Assembly (NCBI GenBank): GCA_963806225.1
Contig: CAWDXG010000001.1
Coordinates: 480,001-544,000 of the forward strand
Length of the DNA: 64,000 bases
Reading direction: 5' to 3'
From: an uncultured delta proteobacterium
GTDB taxonomy: Bacteria > Myxococcota_A > Polyangia > Polyangiales > Polyangiaceae
Both the position numbers and the translations under genes were made by a program. A model generated the notes under the pieces. It did not search any database, was not told where the DNA came from, and worked only from the letters and a program-made list of their open reading frames with translations. This document shows, piece by piece, positions 53,972 to 64,000 of this stretch (positions within the stretch are counted from its first letter, which is position 1; each line of letters opens with the position of its first letter).

Positions 53972-55861
53972 ATGCATCGCTTCCGCCCGGGCGCCGGGAT
54001 CTTCGCGCTGGTTCTGCTGCTGTTCGCTCTGCCGGCGCGGGCCGTCGGCCGCGTGATCCCTTCGTCCGATGGTCCGGCGCAGCTGGACGAGCTCAGGGTC
54101 GCTGCCGCTTTCTCGCCGCACCAGACCACCCTGTGGACGGCGTTCCGTGTGTCCGGGGCGGCCCAGCGCGTCGCCGTCGTGCTGCCGGTGGCGCCGGGCT
54201 CGCTGGTGGATCCATCCAGCGAAGCCTGGTTCCGGGCGCTGGAAGGCGCGACGGCACCGCGCGTGACGGCGCCTTCCGGCATGCCGGAGTGCGCGGGGGG
54301 CTCGTCGAACCAGGTCGAGGACACCGCAGACGACGCGCCCGCGGCCACGCTGCATCCCATCAAGGTCGCGTTGCTCGACACGCCCGCCGATCTGGACGAC
54401 TTCGCCAACCAGAACCAGCTCGCGCTTTCGCCGGCCGACCGCGTTGCGCTCGACATCCCCGGTCAGCGCCTGCTGGCCCTGCTGTACGCCTTGCCCCATG
54501 GCGCGTCGGCGTTCACCCAGACTCTGCGCATCTCCGAACCGGTCGAGCTGGCGTCGCTCCCCCTTGCGCTATCGCGCCGGAGCGGCAGCGACCCGATCCC
54601 GTTCACGCTGTGGACCATCGCATCGGGGCGCGCACGCCTGTCGCCCGGCAAGGAGCTTGCGCCCGCGGACGTGAAGGCGGTGTGGCATGAGTTCGACGGC
54701 AACAGTGACTACGTGCAGCGCCGTCACGATCTGCTCTCGTCGGGGGCCGGGGCGTCGTATCTTCGCGAGTCCAGCGGCAACTCGCGCCTGTTCGGCTGGA
54801 CGTTGCTGCCCGGCGCGGGTGGGAGCGTTCCTCCGGCGGCGGATGGATACTTCGGGACGGCGGCGCAGCTTGGCGACACCACGAGCGACCCGGCCGATTG
54901 CGCCCAGTCCGCCGCCAAGGCGCGCGTCGCCGGAACCCTCGGCATGCCCGTCGCCCGCGCCTGCGCGCCGGGGCTGCTCGCCCGCGTTCCGCTCGACGGC
55001 GGAGCCGACCCGACCTGCGTCGAGCAGCCGGCGTCCGGCAGTGTCGATCCGGACACCCTGCGCTGCGGTGGCGCCGACGATTTCGTCATGGCGCTTTCGG
55101 GTCTGCGCGCCGATCAGGCCGATGTTACGCGCTTGAAAGGCGTGCTCGGTCCGGCCAGCCCCGACGCCGCCTCGGTCGGACTGCTCACCCCCGCGCCGAG
55201 CTCGCCCCGCGTCGTCGCATCCAAGCTCGACAGCAGTGGTTGCCAGTACCTCCCGGGCGGGGGTTCCGGCGGCTCGTCGTCGTGGGGCACGGGCGGCAGC
55301 GGTGGCTACAGCGGCTACAGCGGCAGCGGCGGCTACGGGGGCTACGGAGGCTACGGAGGCAGCTACGCCAGCGGATCGGGCGGTGACGTGAACCTCGACA
55401 TGAGCTGCTCGCGCTCGAGCGGTGACTCGTGCAGCGGGGATTCCTCCTCCTCGAGCGGTGACGCGTGCAGCGGCGACTCGTCGTCGAGCAGCGACGGGTC
55501 CACGTGCAGCGGCGACTCGTCGTCGAGCAGCGACGGGTCCACGTGCAGCGGCGACTCGTCGTCGAGCAGCGACGGGTCCACGTGCAGCGGCGACTCGTCG
55601 TCGAGCAGCGACGGGTCCACGTGCAGCGGCGACTCGTCGTCAAGCAGTGACGGGGCGACGTGCAGCGGCGACTCGGGGGGCAGCTCGGGGGGCAGCTCGG
55701 GCTGCTCGCTCTCGCCCGGCCGGCACGCGCACCTCAGCGTGTGGACCCTCGGCCTGGCCGCAATCTTCCTGCCGTTCCGGCGTCTGGCGAGGCGGCGGCA
55801 GAGGAAACGGAGCCGTCGTCGCAGGTGCCGCGTGGTGCGCGCTGGTCGCAGGCTCTGGTAG
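53972..55861 (+). CDS. DUF2330-like exported protein with Gly/Ser/Cys repeat stalk and MYXO-CTERM-like tail
   Basis: Signal peptide; AVVLPV.PG.....S..WF.AL...TAP; C-terminal GCS-hydrophobic-RR cluster. Confidence 0.65.
   Translation: MHRFRPGAGIFALVLLLFALPARAVGRVIPSSDGPAQLDELRVAAAFSPHQTTLWTAFRVSGAAQRVAVVLPVAPGSLVDPSSEAWFRALEGATAPRVTAPSGMPECAGGSSNQVEDTADDAPAATLHPIKVALLDTPADLDDFANQNQLALSPADRVALDIPGQRLLALLYALPHGASAFTQTLRISEPVELASLPLALSRRSGSDPIPFTLWTIASGRARLSPGKELAPADVKAVWHEFDGNSDYVQRRHDLLSSGAGASYLRESSGNSRLFGWTLLPGAGGSVPPAADGYFGTAAQLGDTTSDPADCAQSAAKARVAGTLGMPVARACAPGLLARVPLDGGADPTCVEQPASGSVDPDTLRCGGADDFVMALSGLRADQADVTRLKGVLGPASPDAASVGLLTPAPSSPRVVASKLDSSGCQYLPGGGSGGSSSWGTGGSGGYSGYSGSGGYGGYGGYGGSYASGSGGDVNLDMSCSRSSGDSCSGDSSSSSGDACSGDSSSSSDGSTCSGDSSSSSDGSTCSGDSSSSSDGSTCSGDSSSSSDGSTCSGDSSSSSDGATCSGDSGGSSGGSSGCSLSPGRHAHLSVWTLGLAAIFLPFRRLARRRQRKRSRRRRCRVVRAGRRLW
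55466..55675 (+). repeat. Coding 39-bp tandem repeat (CSGDSSSSSDGST)
   Basis: Four identical copies at 55466, 55505, 55544 and 55583, a variant at 55622 and a partial at 55661; shorter degenerate units upstream. Confidence 0.97.
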
Positions 55862-55862
55862 C

Positions 55863-55878
55863 CGGCACGCGGGTTGCA
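55863..55878 (+). promoter_or_regulatory. Sigma-54 promoter of the first USP gene
   Basis: CGGCACGCGGGTTGCA; TCGCA-N5-CGCGT at 55819-55833 upstream. Confidence 0.65.
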
Positions 55879-55934
55879 GCGGTTCCGTCCAGCCCACTGG
55901 CGGCGCACCCGCCGTCGCGATAGGAACGGACCGC

Positions 55935-56408
55935 ATGCACAAGATCAGCTCGATTCTGGTCCCCATCGACTTTTCCGACAGCTCGCGCGACGCGCTCGAA
56001 CAGGCGGTGTTCTTCGCCGAGCGCTTCGACGCGCGTCTGGAGGTGCTGCACGTCTGGGAGGTGCCGGCCTACGTGCGACCCGATCTGGTCGTGTGGATGG
56101 AGGGCAGCGACGAGCATCGCAAGCCGATGGCGGAAGTCGCGGAGGCGCGTGCCGAGCAGGAAATGGATGCTTTTCTGCGGAAACTGCCGCTGGAGGCGCG
56201 ACGCCGTATCACCGAGCGGCTGGTCGGCGGCAATCCTGTGGAAGTGATCCTGCGCCTGACCCGGGACGAGCCGTTCGATCTCGTCGTCATGGGAACCCAT
56301 GGACGCACTGGCCTGTCGCACTTGCTGCTCGGTAGCGTCGCCGAGAGGGTCGTGCGCGGGGCCGGCTGCCCTGTGTTGACGGTTCGCGCGCCCCGGTCCG
56401 GGAGCTGA
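55935..56408 (+). CDS. Universal stress protein
   Basis: ILVPIDFS; DLVVMGTHGRTGLSHLLLGSVAERVVR...CPVLTV. Confidence 0.95.
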   Translation: MHKISSILVPIDFSDSSRDALEQAVFFAERFDARLEVLHVWEVPAYVRPDLVVWMEGSDEHRKPMAEVAEARAEQEMDAFLRKLPLEARRRITERLVGGNPVEVILRLTRDEPFDLVVMGTHGRTGLSHLLLGSVAERVVRGAGCPVLTVRAPRSGS

Positions 56409-56466
56409 AAGCACCCGCCGCGCAAAATCCGCGCGCTCAGCCCGCGTGTGCGCCCGGTTCCGGACG

Positions 56467-56482
56467 TGGCACGATTCAAGCA
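56467..56482 (+). promoter_or_regulatory. Sigma-54 promoter upstream of the GGDEF gene
   Basis: TGGCACGATTCAAGCA; GCGCA-AAATC-CGCGC at 56420-56434. Confidence 0.65.
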
Positions 56483-56498
56483 GGACATGCGAGTAGCC

Positions 56499-57281
56499 AT
56501 GGACATCCTGCCGGAGCGCGCACCCAGAAGCCGGGTCTACCCCCTGCTCGGCGCGGTGTTCGCACTCGGCGCGCCGCTCGGCTATCTCGCGATCCGCGCC
56601 CTGATCGAGCAGCGCTGGCCTACACCCGCATGGTGGCTGGACGAGTTTTTCGCCAACCCCCTTCTGTACGCGTACCTGGCCTTCGGCACGCTGGCCGTCT
56701 TCGCCACCCTCGGCTGGCTCCTGGGCAAGAAGGAGGACGAGCTCCGGCGACGCTCGACCACGGATGTGCTCACGGGTTTGCCCAACCGCCGCGAGCTCCG
56801 GCGCCGGCTCGAGCTGGAGTTGGGGCGTGCCAGGCGCTACGGCTCGACGCTCGCGGTTCTTGTGCTGGATGTCGACGGTCTCAAGACGATCAACGATCGC
56901 TGGGGTCACCTGCGCGGAGATGCCGCGCTGCGAGCCGTCGCGGACGCGCTGGCGCACTCGTGCCGGCAACCGGATCTTCCCGCCCGCTACGGCGGGGACG
57001 AATTCGTCGTGCTGGCGCCGTCGACGAACGCCTCGGAAGCGGCCGAGCTGGCCGAGCGTCTGCGCGCCAGACTGCGGGATGCGGCACCCGGAGGGGGGCC
57101 ATGGCTTTCGCCCCGCGTGTCGGTCGGCATCGCCGATTCCAGCTGGGCCACCGACGCGGACGCGTTGCTCGCAGCGGCCGACGCCGCGCTCTATGCGGCG
57201 AAGGCCGCCGGTCGCGATCGAGCTGTGGTATCTGAACCCCCAGCCGTCCCTGACGCGGACGCGCTCCCCGCGAAAGGCTAG
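56499..57281 (+). CDS. Membrane-anchored diguanylate cyclase
   Basis: Two TM segments; D.LTGLPNRR; K.INDRWGH..GD; RQPD I-site; RYGGDEF. Confidence 0.93.
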   Translation: MDILPERAPRSRVYPLLGAVFALGAPLGYLAIRALIEQRWPTPAWWLDEFFANPLLYAYLAFGTLAVFATLGWLLGKKEDELRRRSTTDVLTGLPNRRELRRRLELELGRARRYGSTLAVLVLDVDGLKTINDRWGHLRGDAALRAVADALAHSCRQPDLPARYGGDEFVVLAPSTNASEAAELAERLRARLRDAAPGGGPWLSPRVSVGIADSSWATDADALLAAADAALYAAKAAGRDRAVVSEPPAVPDADALPAKG

Positions 57282-57285
57282 CAGC

Positions 57286-57750
57286 ATGCCCAAGCTGAAC
57301 AGAATCCTCGTCCCTGTCGATTTCTCCGACTGCTCGAAAGCGGCGCTCGACTACGCGGAGACGCTCGCGAAGACCTTCGGCTCCGTGGTGGATCTCATCC
57401 ACGTCTGGGAAGTGCCGCCCTACATCCCGCCGGAAGCCATGGTGGGCGTGCCCGGACACGACGCGCAGACCCTGGCCCAGGTCGCCCACGGCACAGCCGA
57501 GCAGGAGATGAAGGCCTTTCTCGATGATCTGCGCGATCGCGGCGTGAAGATCGGCAAGCCGTTGCTCGAGTCCGGCGAGCCCGGCAGGACGATCGTCGAG
57601 ACCGCGGAAGACGGCGGGTACGACATGATCGTGGTCGGCACGCACGGGCGGACGGGGCTTTCGCACCTCTTGATGGGCAGCATTGCCGAGAAGGTCGTTC
57701 GCCATGCGCACTGCCCGGTGTTGACGGTGCGCGGCCCGTCGAAGAGCTGA
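57286..57750 (+). CDS. Universal stress protein
   Basis: ILVPVDFS; DMIVVGTHGRTGLSHLLMGSIAEKVVRHA.CPVLTV. Confidence 0.95.
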   Translation: MPKLNRILVPVDFSDCSKAALDYAETLAKTFGSVVDLIHVWEVPPYIPPEAMVGVPGHDAQTLAQVAHGTAEQEMKAFLDDLRDRGVKIGKPLLESGEPGRTIVETAEDGGYDMIVVGTHGRTGLSHLLMGSIAEKVVRHAHCPVLTVRGPSKS

Positions 57751-57761
57751 TTGCTTTCCTC

Positions 57762-58946
57762 ATGGATTTCAGCGGATTCCAGAGCGCGATGGAATACGTG
57801 GGCTTCACGCCTGCGTCCAGCGCCGCGCTGCGCGAGTTCCACCCGGTTGTGCAGCAGCACTTCGAGCACATCATCGACGACTTCTACGCGACGATTGAAG
57901 CGCACCCGCGGGCCAGCAAGGTCATCATCGGAGGCAAGCCGCAGGTCGCGCGGCTGAAGAAGACGCTCGTGCGCTGGCTCGACTCGGTGCTGCTGGGGCC
58001 GCACGATGCCGCGTTCGTCGAGTCGCATTCGCGTATCGGCCACGTCCACGTCCGCATCGACCTGCCGCAGGATCTGATGTTTACCGCCATGAACCGCATC
58101 CGCCAGCGCGTCGTGGAGGTGGCGGACACCGAGCTCGCGGACGACCCCGGGCGCCGCCGCGCGGTGACAGGAGCGCTGGACAAGATCCTCGATCTCGAGC
58201 TGGCGATCATGCTCGACAGCTATCGCGACAACCTCGAAGGCAGGATGCGCGCGAGCGAGCGGCTGGCGACGATAGGGCAGCTCGCCGCCAGTATCGGCCA
58301 CGAGCTCCGCAATCCACTTGGCATCATCGAATCCTCGTTGTTCCTGGTCCGGCATCGCCTCGAGCGCGCTGGAGTCGACGACGCCGGCGTCGACAAGCAC
58401 CTCGACAAGATCGGCCTCCAGGTGAAGATCTGCGGCAAGACCATCACCGACCTGCTCGAGCTGGCGCGCAGCCGTCCGCCGAGGCGCCAGTCGATCGATG
58501 TGGCGCTGCTGGTGGAATACGCGGCCGAGAGCGCCGCGATGGGCGATGGAGTCCGGGTCGAGCGCGAGATCCCCGACGGAATCCGCCTCGATGCCGATCC
58601 CGATCAGATGCGACAGGTGCTGTCGAACCTGCTTGGAAACGCCAGCCAGGCGATGGGCGGCCAGGGCCGCATCTGGATATCGGCCGAGCGCCGCGAGGGA
58701 GGCGTCGCGCTTCGCGTCCGCGACGAGGGGCCCGGCGTGCCCCCCGAGCACCGCGATCAAATCTTCGATGCCCTGTACACGACCAAGCCCAAGGGGACGG
58801 GTCTTGGACTGGCCTTGTGCCGCCGCATCCTGGAAGCGCACAAGGGCGAGCTTTCGCTCGAAGCCCATACCGGGGGGGCGGTATTCCGCGTGTGGATACC
58901 GGATTTCGCAGTGGGTGCGGTGGAGCCCGCGCAAACCCCGGGGTAG
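57762..58946 (+). CDS. nmpU: Globin-coupled (protoglobin) histidine kinase, NmpU/AfGcHK-like
   Basis: YVGFT...FY..I...RIG.VHV.I.L globin sensor domain; HELRNPL; N, D, F and G boxes. Confidence 0.85.
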   Translation: MDFSGFQSAMEYVGFTPASSAALREFHPVVQQHFEHIIDDFYATIEAHPRASKVIIGGKPQVARLKKTLVRWLDSVLLGPHDAAFVESHSRIGHVHVRIDLPQDLMFTAMNRIRQRVVEVADTELADDPGRRRAVTGALDKILDLELAIMLDSYRDNLEGRMRASERLATIGQLAASIGHELRNPLGIIESSLFLVRHRLERAGVDDAGVDKHLDKIGLQVKICGKTITDLLELARSRPPRRQSIDVALLVEYAAESAAMGDGVRVEREIPDGIRLDADPDQMRQVLSNLLGNASQAMGGQGRIWISAERREGGVALRVRDEGPGVPPEHRDQIFDALYTTKPKGTGLGLALCRRILEAHKGELSLEAHTGGAVFRVWIPDFAVGAVEPAQTPG

Positions 58947-58995
58947 GCCTGGTTCAGTGCTTCTGCTCCCGGGAAGGACGTTGTAGGAGGATTTC

Positions 58996-59742
58996 GTGGT
59001 GGACAGCAGGCTGCGTCTTCTAATCGTCGACGACCACGTCGACCTGGCCGAGAATCTGGCGGAGATCCTCGCTGACGCGGGCTACGAGGCCGATATCGCC
59101 GAGACGGCCGAACAGGCGCTAGAGCGTCTGTCGGAGGTCGAATACCAGGGGGTTATCACCGACTTCCGGCTTCCGGGCAGGAGCGGCGTCGAGCTGCTGG
59201 TCGAGCTGAGGCAGGCCGGCCACCAGCTGCCCGTGGTCATGGTGAGTGCGTTCGCCGACAGCGAAGTGGTGGCGGAAGCCGAGCAGGTTGGCGCGCTGGA
59301 TGTGTTGTCGAAACCGGTGGATTTCGATCGGCTGTTCGCGCTGGTCGCGGAGTTCGAGCGCGGTCAACAGAGCGTGCTGGTGGTCGACGACAACGAGGAG
59401 CTGGCAGCGGACTTCGCCGAAGCGCTGCGTTCCCGCGGCATCGAGCCCGTCATCGTTGGCAGCAGTGCGGCAGCCGCGCTCTCCCAGCGCGCGTTGCCGA
59501 GGGTTGCCGTGCTGGACGTGCGGCTTCCCGATCAGAGCGGCATCGAGCTCGCCCAGCGCCTGCTCGCCCGCGACCCCAAGTTGCAGATCGTGTTCGTCAC
59601 CGGCTACGCCGACGAAGCGCGCGATATCGTGCAGCAGGTTCTGCCGGGTCTCGTGCCTCGCGAGGGAGAGCCGGCGATCCTGACGAAACCCGTCGATCTG
59701 GAACTGCTGGTAGTCCGGGTCAGCGAAGCGGCGCGTCAATGA
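58996..59742 (+). CDS. nmpT: Dual-receiver response regulator, NmpT-like
   Basis: Two REC domains (IVDD/ITDFRLP/KP and VVDD/VLDVRLP/KP) and no output domain. Confidence 0.8.
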   Translation: MVDSRLRLLIVDDHVDLAENLAEILADAGYEADIAETAEQALERLSEVEYQGVITDFRLPGRSGVELLVELRQAGHQLPVVMVSAFADSEVVAEAEQVGALDVLSKPVDFDRLFALVAEFERGQQSVLVVDDNEELAADFAEALRSRGIEPVIVGSSAAAALSQRALPRVAVLDVRLPDQSGIELAQRLLARDPKLQIVFVTGYADEARDIVQQVLPGLVPREGEPAILTKPVDLELLVVRVSEAARQ

Positions 59743-61172
59743 GCCCCGCCCGGGTTCTCGTCGTCGACGACAACGAGGAGCTCGCCGAGAACGTCTGCGA
59801 GATTCTCGAGGTCGTCGACGAGGTAGAGATCGAGAGCAGCGTCGCAACGTCGGGCCAGTCGGCCATCGACCTTGCGACAATCAAGGACTTCGATCTCGCG
59901 CTCATCGACCTGCATCTGCCCGACGCCAGCGGCACCGACCTGATCGGGAGGATCCGCGCGGGTTCACCGCACGCCGAGGTGGTGATCATCACCGGGGACG
60001 CCACCATCGAGAGCGCCATCAATGCCGTGAAGGAAGGCGCATTCGCCTACGTGCTCAAGCCGTTCCGCGGCGATGAGCTCATCGAAACGGTCCGCCGAGC
60101 ACTGGCCCAGGCGCGGCTGTTCCGCGAGCGCGAGCACCTGCGGCGCGAGCTCGAGCGCTCGGAGCGCCGGCATCGCGAGGTGCTGGAGACAGTGCCCGCC
60201 TTCGTCCTCGGCTTCGACGGCGAAGGCCGGATCGTGCTGTGGAACCGCTGGCTCGAGGAGGTGACCGGCTTCGCGCGGGAGGAGATGCTGGGAACGCCCG
60301 GAGCGCATCTGGTGGGGCGGAGCGGTACCGATCGCCGGCTGCCTCTGAAGCGAGGCGGCTACCGGCTGGTGCGCTGGCAGACCGCCGTCGTTCCGGCCGA
60401 CGGCCACGAAACGATGACCTACGGGCTGGGCAGGGACGTGACGGACGAGCGGGAAATGCTCCGGCGCACCCTGCGTGCGGAACGTCTGGCGGCGGTGGGC
60501 ACGCTGGCGGCGGGCCTCGCCCACGAAGTGCGCAATCCGCTCAACTCGGCGCAACTGCAGCTCTCCGTTCTCGAGCGGCGCATCGAGCGCGGCAAGCATG
60601 AACCCGACAACCTGCTCGCCGTGACGCGCGTGGTGAAAGACGAGATCAAGCGGCTGGATCGGCTGGTGAGCGACTTTCTCGCATTCGCGCAGCCGCGCCC
60701 GCTCGAGCTCCAGCGCAAGCCCGTCAACGAGCTGGTCGAGTCCGCGGCCGAGTTGATCCGGCCCGAGGCGGACTCCGCCGGCGTCGTGGTCCAGGTCGAG
60801 CTCGAGCCGAATGCCGGCGCGGTGCTGGTCGAGCCGGAGCGCATGCGCCAGGTGCTGCTCAACCTGGTCCGCAACGCCCTGGAGGCCATGGCGGACGGCG
60901 GGACGCTCAGCCTGCGCACGTGCGGCCCAGACGACCTCGGCAACGTCCGCATCGAAGTGGAGGATACCGGCCCCGGCTTCGGCGAGGAGGCTCCGGTCTT
61001 CGACGCGTTCTACACGACCAAGCAGGGCGGGACGGGCCTGGGGCTCGCCATCGTGCACCGGATTGTCACCGCCCACGACGGCAACATCCGCGTCGAGTCC
61101 CGTCCCGGCCGCACCTGTTTCACCGTGCTGCTGCCCGATCAGCCTGGCGACTCGACTCCGGCACCTGCGTGA
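59739..61172 (+). CDS. nmpS: REC-PAS-histidine kinase, NmpS-like
   Basis: N-terminal REC; PAS (WN...EEVTG); AHEVRNPL; FYTTK.GGTGLGL. Confidence 0.8.
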   Translation: MSPARVLVVDDNEELAENVCEILEVVDEVEIESSVATSGQSAIDLATIKDFDLALIDLHLPDASGTDLIGRIRAGSPHAEVVIITGDATIESAINAVKEGAFAYVLKPFRGDELIETVRRALAQARLFREREHLRRELERSERRHREVLETVPAFVLGFDGEGRIVLWNRWLEEVTGFAREEMLGTPGAHLVGRSGTDRRLPLKRGGYRLVRWQTAVVPADGHETMTYGLGRDVTDEREMLRRTLRAERLAAVGTLAAGLAHEVRNPLNSAQLQLSVLERRIERGKHEPDNLLAVTRVVKDEIKRLDRLVSDFLAFAQPRPLELQRKPVNELVESAAELIRPEADSAGVVVQVELEPNAGAVLVEPERMRQVLLNLVRNALEAMADGGTLSLRTCGPDDLGNVRIEVEDTGPGFGEEAPVFDAFYTTKQGGTGLGLAIVHRIVTAHDGNIRVESRPGRTCFTVLLPDQPGDSTPAPA

Positions 61173-61202
61173 GCGCAGCCCCAGCGGCCCAGCGGGCGGC
61201 CG

Positions 61203-61246
61203 GCGCAACAGTTGCGTTGGGCTGCCTTCTGGCGCACCATCTGCGC
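61203..61246. promoter_or_regulatory. Tandem GCGCA-N5-TGCGY enhancer sites
   Basis: GCGCAACAGTTGCGT (61203-61217) and GCGCACCATCTGCGC (61232-61246). Confidence 0.7.
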
Positions 61247-61311
61247 GCACCCGCAAGCGCCCTTTGGCAGGGCCGCTGGATATGCGCGCATTTGGCCGCA
61301 CCAGTGGCTCT

Positions 61312-61327
61312 TGGCACGAGTGGTGCA
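61312..61327 (+). promoter_or_regulatory. Sigma-54 promoter of the NtrC-family gene
   Basis: TGGCACGAGTGGTGCA with exact -24/-12 spacing. Confidence 0.75.
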
Positions 61328-61388
61328 GATCAGCGGAAAGCGCTGCATTGGGCTCTTTCGAGCTCCCCGCCAGCTGGAGGCAAGACCA

Positions 61389-62774
<1,386 letters not shown>

Positions 62775-62853
62775 CGGTCGCACCAGCCTGCGGCGGCGCG
62801 CCCGGCGCATCGCGCGTGCGTTTCCGGCCTCGCTCTGTCAATCTCCTTCCGAG

Positions 62854-63423
62854 ATGACCGAGTCGACCGCGTGGAAGCACTGCAGCACCTGCAAGACCGA
62901 CATTGCCTTCGGGCAGAGCTACTACGAGTGCAGCGTCTCGACCTGCAACCGGAAGCGGACAGCGCTCTACTTCTGCTCGCTGCCGTGCTGGGAAGCGCAC
63001 CTGCCGATGATGCGCCATCGCGACGCCTGGGCGGTCGAAGCGCGTGCTCCGGAGCGTGAAGCCTGGGCGCGGGAGCAGGAGGCCGAGCTCGAGGCCGGCC
63101 GCGCGCGGCAGGCGCGGGCCGACACCGCGCCGGAAGCTCCCGAGCGTCGGGTGGTCGGCGTCGGGGCGTCGCCTGCCGCCCCGTCGGCGCTCGAGCTCAG
63201 GGACGACGACCTGCCCCGCGAAGTGCTGGTCGTCGTCTCCAAGCTCAAGCAGTACATCCGCGCCAGGTCCGGCATGAACACCTCCGACAACGTGACGGGG
63301 ATCCTGTCGGACCACATCCGGCGCTTGTGCGACCACGCGATCCGGAGCGCGGGGCAGGACGGCCGCAAGACGGTGCTCGACCGCGATTTCCCCGAAGTCC
63401 CCCGGCATCACGGGCGGGAATAG
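62854..63423 (+). CDS. Bacterial histone-fold protein with N-terminal zinc finger (ZZ-histone type)
   Basis: N-terminal CxxC...Cx4C...Cx3Cx3H; C-terminal EVLVVVSKLKQYIR...MNTS...LSD.I..LC..AI..A..DGRKTVLDRDF with the histone RKTV/RD motif. Confidence 0.85.
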   Translation: MTESTAWKHCSTCKTDIAFGQSYYECSVSTCNRKRTALYFCSLPCWEAHLPMMRHRDAWAVEARAPEREAWAREQEAELEAGRARQARADTAPEAPERRVVGVGASPAAPSALELRDDDLPREVLVVVSKLKQYIRARSGMNTSDNVTGILSDHIRRLCDHAIRSAGQDGRKTVLDRDFPEVPRHHGRE

Positions 63424-63536
63424 TCCTGCCGCGTCGTGCCTTTCTCGTTGACGGTGGGTGTTCTCCGGCCCCGGCGTGGTAGGGGCATTCGAGATTCGAC
63501 CACACCCGTTTGCGGGGTGATCTAGAGTAGGGTCCC

Positions 63537-64000
63537 ATGGCTTCCGAACAACGCAGCTTCCGACGGCAGTGGCTGCTGCCCGTGGTCGGGCTCGTCACGC
63601 TGTCGCTGGCGTTCTTCTGGGGCTTCTACACGCTCGATCAGTACTTCACTGGCGGCCCCGTGGCCCTGCATCCGCCCGGCGCCTTCGACCGCTACATCCA
63701 CTTCGACCCGGATCACATCACCGACGCGGTGAGCCAGCTGGGCGCCATGGTGGCGGCAGTGCTGGGTATCGTGATCACGGTGGTCAGCATCATCGTGCAG
63801 TTGTCCGCCGACCGCTACACGGGCGTCGCGCGCATGTTCCTGAGCGACCGCATCAACCTGTCGGTGATGGCCTTCTATGTGGTCGGCACCGTCAGCGGCG
63901 TGTGGTGCAGCGTATCGATCCAGAGCAATTTCGCGCCGCGCGCCACGCTGCTCGCCATGATCGTCATCAACACCTTCGCGTTGGTGTTGATGGCGCCGTA
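63537..64000 (+). CDS. DUF2254-like membrane protein, 3' truncated
   Basis: Open frame to the window end; multiple TM segments; VLGIVITVVSIIVQLSADRYT. Not in the ORF track because no stop falls in the window. Confidence 0.65.
   Translation, partial: MASEQRSFRRQWLLPVVGLVTLSLAFFWGFYTLDQYFTGGPVALHPPGAFDRYIHFDPDHITDAVSQLGAMVAAVLGIVITVVSIIVQLSADRYTGVARMFLSDRINLSVMAFYVVGTVSGVWCSVSIQSNFAPRATLLAMIVINTFALVLMAP

Noticed and set aside
55466..55675. 39-bp repeats as a CRISPR array
   Set aside because: The copies are head-to-tail with no spacers, in frame within a CDS, and there are no cas genes.

Overview
This is a very GC-rich, gene-dense chromosomal segment. Its gene content suggests a myxobacterium, probably Polyangiaceae/Sorangiineae (inference): Cys-rich lipoproteins, a TSP3/OmpA barrel, a serpin, an ECF module, a MYXO-CTERM-like tail and many sigma-54 promoters. 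About 60 CDS can be supported. Housekeeping genes (murA, hisG, menB, xseB, radC, an RluA-family enzyme, comEA, an osmoprotectant ABC transporter) are interleaved with many envelope proteins of unknown function. I found no rRNA, tRNA, CRISPR array or transposase. Highlights: (1) a bacterial histone-fold protein with an N-terminal Cys/His zinc finger (62854-63423); (2) directly upstream, an NmpRSTU-like O2-sensing cascade (globin kinase, dual receiver, REC-PAS kinase, sigma-54 activator) preceded by two USPs and a diguanylate cyclase, with sigma-54 promoters and GCGCA-N5-TGCGC-like sites; (3) a sigma-54-driven small-protein + comEA unit with a palindromic upstream site; (4) an ECF sigma/anti-sigma module with a repeated GATCC-N16-CCAT promoter motif; (5) a circularly permuted SpoIVB-type peptidase; (6) recurrent -10 boxes 7-10 nt before start codons, suggesting leaderless transcription. 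Several frameshifts (about 4.7-6.6 kb and 38.03 kb) look like assembly indels. All family calls come from motif recognition by eye; no database searches were run.
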